This document shows positions 45,574 to 47,243 of a stretch of 47,243 nucleotides of DNA, in pieces (positions within the stretch are counted from its first letter, which is position 1; each line of letters opens with the position of its first letter). The DNA is taken from NCBI GenBank assembly GCA_047624725.1, contig JBLHQB010000003.1:1-47243 (forward strand), given 5' to 3'. The DNA comes from Patiriisocius sp. GTDB lineage: Bacteria > Patescibacteriota > Minisyncoccia > Phycocordibacterales > UBA918. Under the pieces are notes generated by a model. The model searched no databases and was not told where the DNA came from. It saw only the letters and a list, made by a program, of their open reading frames with translations. The translations under genes and the position numbers were made by a program.

Positions 45574-46586
45574 TGAAGTTCTTCACGCATTACAAAAAAA
45601 TACTCATTAGTGTAGGGGTGATACTACTCCTTCTGGTGGGTACTGCCTTTGTATTGGCACAAAAGGAAAAGCCTGAGAAGATTCAATACGGAATGTCGTT
45701 TAACACGATGTATGCTCTTGAGCTTGGTTTAGATTGGCAGGAGACCTACGATGCCATCCTTGATGACCTAGGGGTGCGACACTTGCGTCTGGCTGCACAC
45801 TGGCCAATGGTTGAACCAATTGACGATGTTTATAATTTTGCTGAACTTGATTACCAGGTGATGAAAGCCGAAGAGGTGGGGGCTGATATTGTGTTTGCGG
45901 TGGGACGGAGACTTCCACGATGGCCAGAGTGTCACATCCCACAATGGGCACAGGAAAAAACATGGGAAGAGCAACAAGAAGAGCTGTTTGAATATATTAC
46001 GTTCGTGATCACTCGGTATAAAGATAGTGCTGCAATTAAGTACTGGCAGATTGAAAATGAGCCATACCTTGAAGTATTTGCGAAGGAGCACTGTGGTGAA
46101 TTTGATGAAGACTTCTTTGAAAAGGAGGTGGCACACTTTCGATCACTCGATGACACGCGTCCGTTTCTTATTACCGACAGTGGGAACCTGGGTAAGTGGA
46201 CTGGTCCATATAAGCATGGGGATGCGTTTGGAACCAGTGTATACGTGCACTTCTGGAACCCGGAGCTTGGACAGTTTAAGACTATTCTTCCACCGTGGTT
46301 CTATCGTGCAAAGGAAGGGGTGATGACGCTGTTGTACGGAGAAAAAGAAACAATGCTTATAGAGCTTGCTGCAGAGCCGTGGCTACTTGAGCCGATTACT
46401 GACGTTGCCATTGATGTGCAGTATTCACGGATGGATCTGGATAAGTTTGAAGACATTCTGGTGTACGCTGAAGATACTCGGTACGCCAAGCAGTACCTCT
46501 GGGGAGCTGAATGGTGGTACTGGCTAGACAAGCAAGGTCATCCTGAAATATGGGAGCGAGGGATTGAGCTTTTTAATTCTAAATAA
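45573..46586 (+). CDS. membrane-anchored clan GH-A glycoside hydrolase (GH5/GH42-like)
   Basis: N-terminal TM, LRLAAHW..VEP, WQIENEP acid/base motif, ITDSG, IELAAEPW, LWGAEWW. Confidence 0.8.
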   Translation: MKFFTHYKKILISVGVILLLLVGTAFVLAQKEKPEKIQYGMSFNTMYALELGLDWQETYDAILDDLGVRHLRLAAHWPMVEPIDDVYNFAELDYQVMKAEEVGADIVFAVGRRLPRWPECHIPQWAQEKTWEEQQEELFEYITFVITRYKDSAAIKYWQIENEPYLEVFAKEHCGEFDEDFFEKEVAHFRSLDDTRPFLITDSGNLGKWTGPYKHGDAFGTSVYVHFWNPELGQFKTILPPWFYRAKEGVMTLLYGEKETMLIELAAEPWLLEPITDVAIDVQYSRMDLDKFEDILVYAEDTRYAKQYLWGAEWWYWLDKQGHPEIWERGIELFNSK

Positions 46587-46591
46587 GGGAT

Positions 46592-46882
46592 ATGAAAAAT
46601 GTTACAAACGCAATGAATTCAGTGATAGACGGTGTAGAGGCAACGGTTGGTTCAGTTGAACAAGCTGTAGAGTCGCATATGGCACCAGTGCGAAAGACTG
46701 TTTTTTCTCGGTTTCCAGCATTATTTACATTGTTGGTGACTTTTGGTGTTGCTGCAACCTTTTTAGGCTTTGAACGAGTACTTACCGAGTTCGCCTATAT
46801 TAATGATCGACCGGTACTTATGTTGAGTATTGGTATTTTTGTACTACTAGGAACTGGTACACTATATAAGAAGTTAGGATAG
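46592..46882 (+). CDS. small two-TM membrane protein
   Basis: RFPALFTLLVTFG...TGTLYKKLG. Confidence 0.75.
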   Translation: MKNVTNAMNSVIDGVEATVGSVEQAVESHMAPVRKTVFSRFPALFTLLVTFGVAATFLGFERVLTEFAYINDRPVLMLSIGIFVLLGTGTLYKKLG

Positions 46883-46889
46883 TTCTTCT

Positions 46890-47075
46890 ATGATGATATT
46901 TAAATTTATTTTCCCATTTCTCTACGCGCGTGACTGGCATTCTGGTCGAGAGGAGCTATCAAAGCCCCGCGTCGCCTTGTTTGGCGCGATGTTGTGTATT
47001 ATCCTGCTAGGCGTTTTACTCGCGATAATACTCCAGGCGCCGGTAAACTATTCGACACTTCCTACTGACGTATGA
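46890..47075 (+). CDS. small single-TM protein
   Basis: 61 aa, operonic spacing with neighbours. Confidence 0.6.
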   Translation: MMIFKFIFPFLYARDWHSGREELSKPRVALFGAMLCIILLGVLLAIILQAPVNYSTLPTDV

Positions 47076-47243
47076 AATCACTCAAAAGTTTTATAATAAT
47101 TGGCCTGATCTTAATGGTTGTTGCTATTGGATCAACGACCTATATTTGGTTTACCATCCAAAAAGAAATTGTCGCGCCTGCTGTACCTGCACAGGAAGCA
47201 TCTGAAGCAATGGTTGCACAAGAGGAAGAGGAAGAGAAAGAGG
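47072..47243 (+). CDS. partial membrane-anchored protein (runs off window)
   Basis: ATG 47072 overlaps previous stop (ATGA); MKSLKSFIIIGLILMVVAIG... Confidence 0.6.
   Translation, partial: MKSLKSFIIIGLILMVVAIGSTTYIWFTIQKEIVAPAVPAQEASEAMVAQEEEEEKE

Noticed and set aside
1-47243. Alternative genetic code 25 (TGA=Gly)
   Set aside because: Conserved genes such as topA, miaA and the NYN gene end at TGA at expected lengths, and long ORFs are intact in code 11.

Overview
This is a 47 kb bacterial chromosomal segment in standard code 11 (TGA is used as stop). Gene content and style suggest Patescibacteria/CPR, Parcubacteria-like; this is an inference. The left end (1-4545) is the edge of an integrative element whose large serine recombinase reads through tRNA-Tyr, followed by an HTH-LAGLIDADG-like gene that stops inside the same tRNA. 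Next comes a cluster of three VirB2/TrbC-like pilins, two fused to apparent peptidoglycan hydrolase domains (lytic transglycosylase-like and M15-like peptidase). The core region holds miaA, parB, rel, topA, dprA, serS, an ftsQ-like gene, a dus gene, an S11 peptidase, dnaX, mltG, a DEAD-box helicase, Fur/ZIP/DsbA, four ATP-grasp ligases and two glycoside hydrolases, plus four tRNAs (Tyr, Trp, Leu, Gln). The most striking unexplained signal is non-coding. The 3' flanks of tRNA-Trp, tRNA-Leu and tRNA-Gln, and an orphan site near 34.1-35.0 kb, carry families of multi-hairpin repeats with tRNA-3'-end mimics. These repeats bracket short one- or two-gene cargo units (an NYN RNase with a convergent small RNA, small membrane proteins) and look like an integrase-less, tRNA-anchored gene-cassette array. 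Many genes appear leaderless, and the Fur/ZIP pair shares a perfect 41-bp palindromic promoter-operator. All calls are from motif recognition by eye; no database searches were run.
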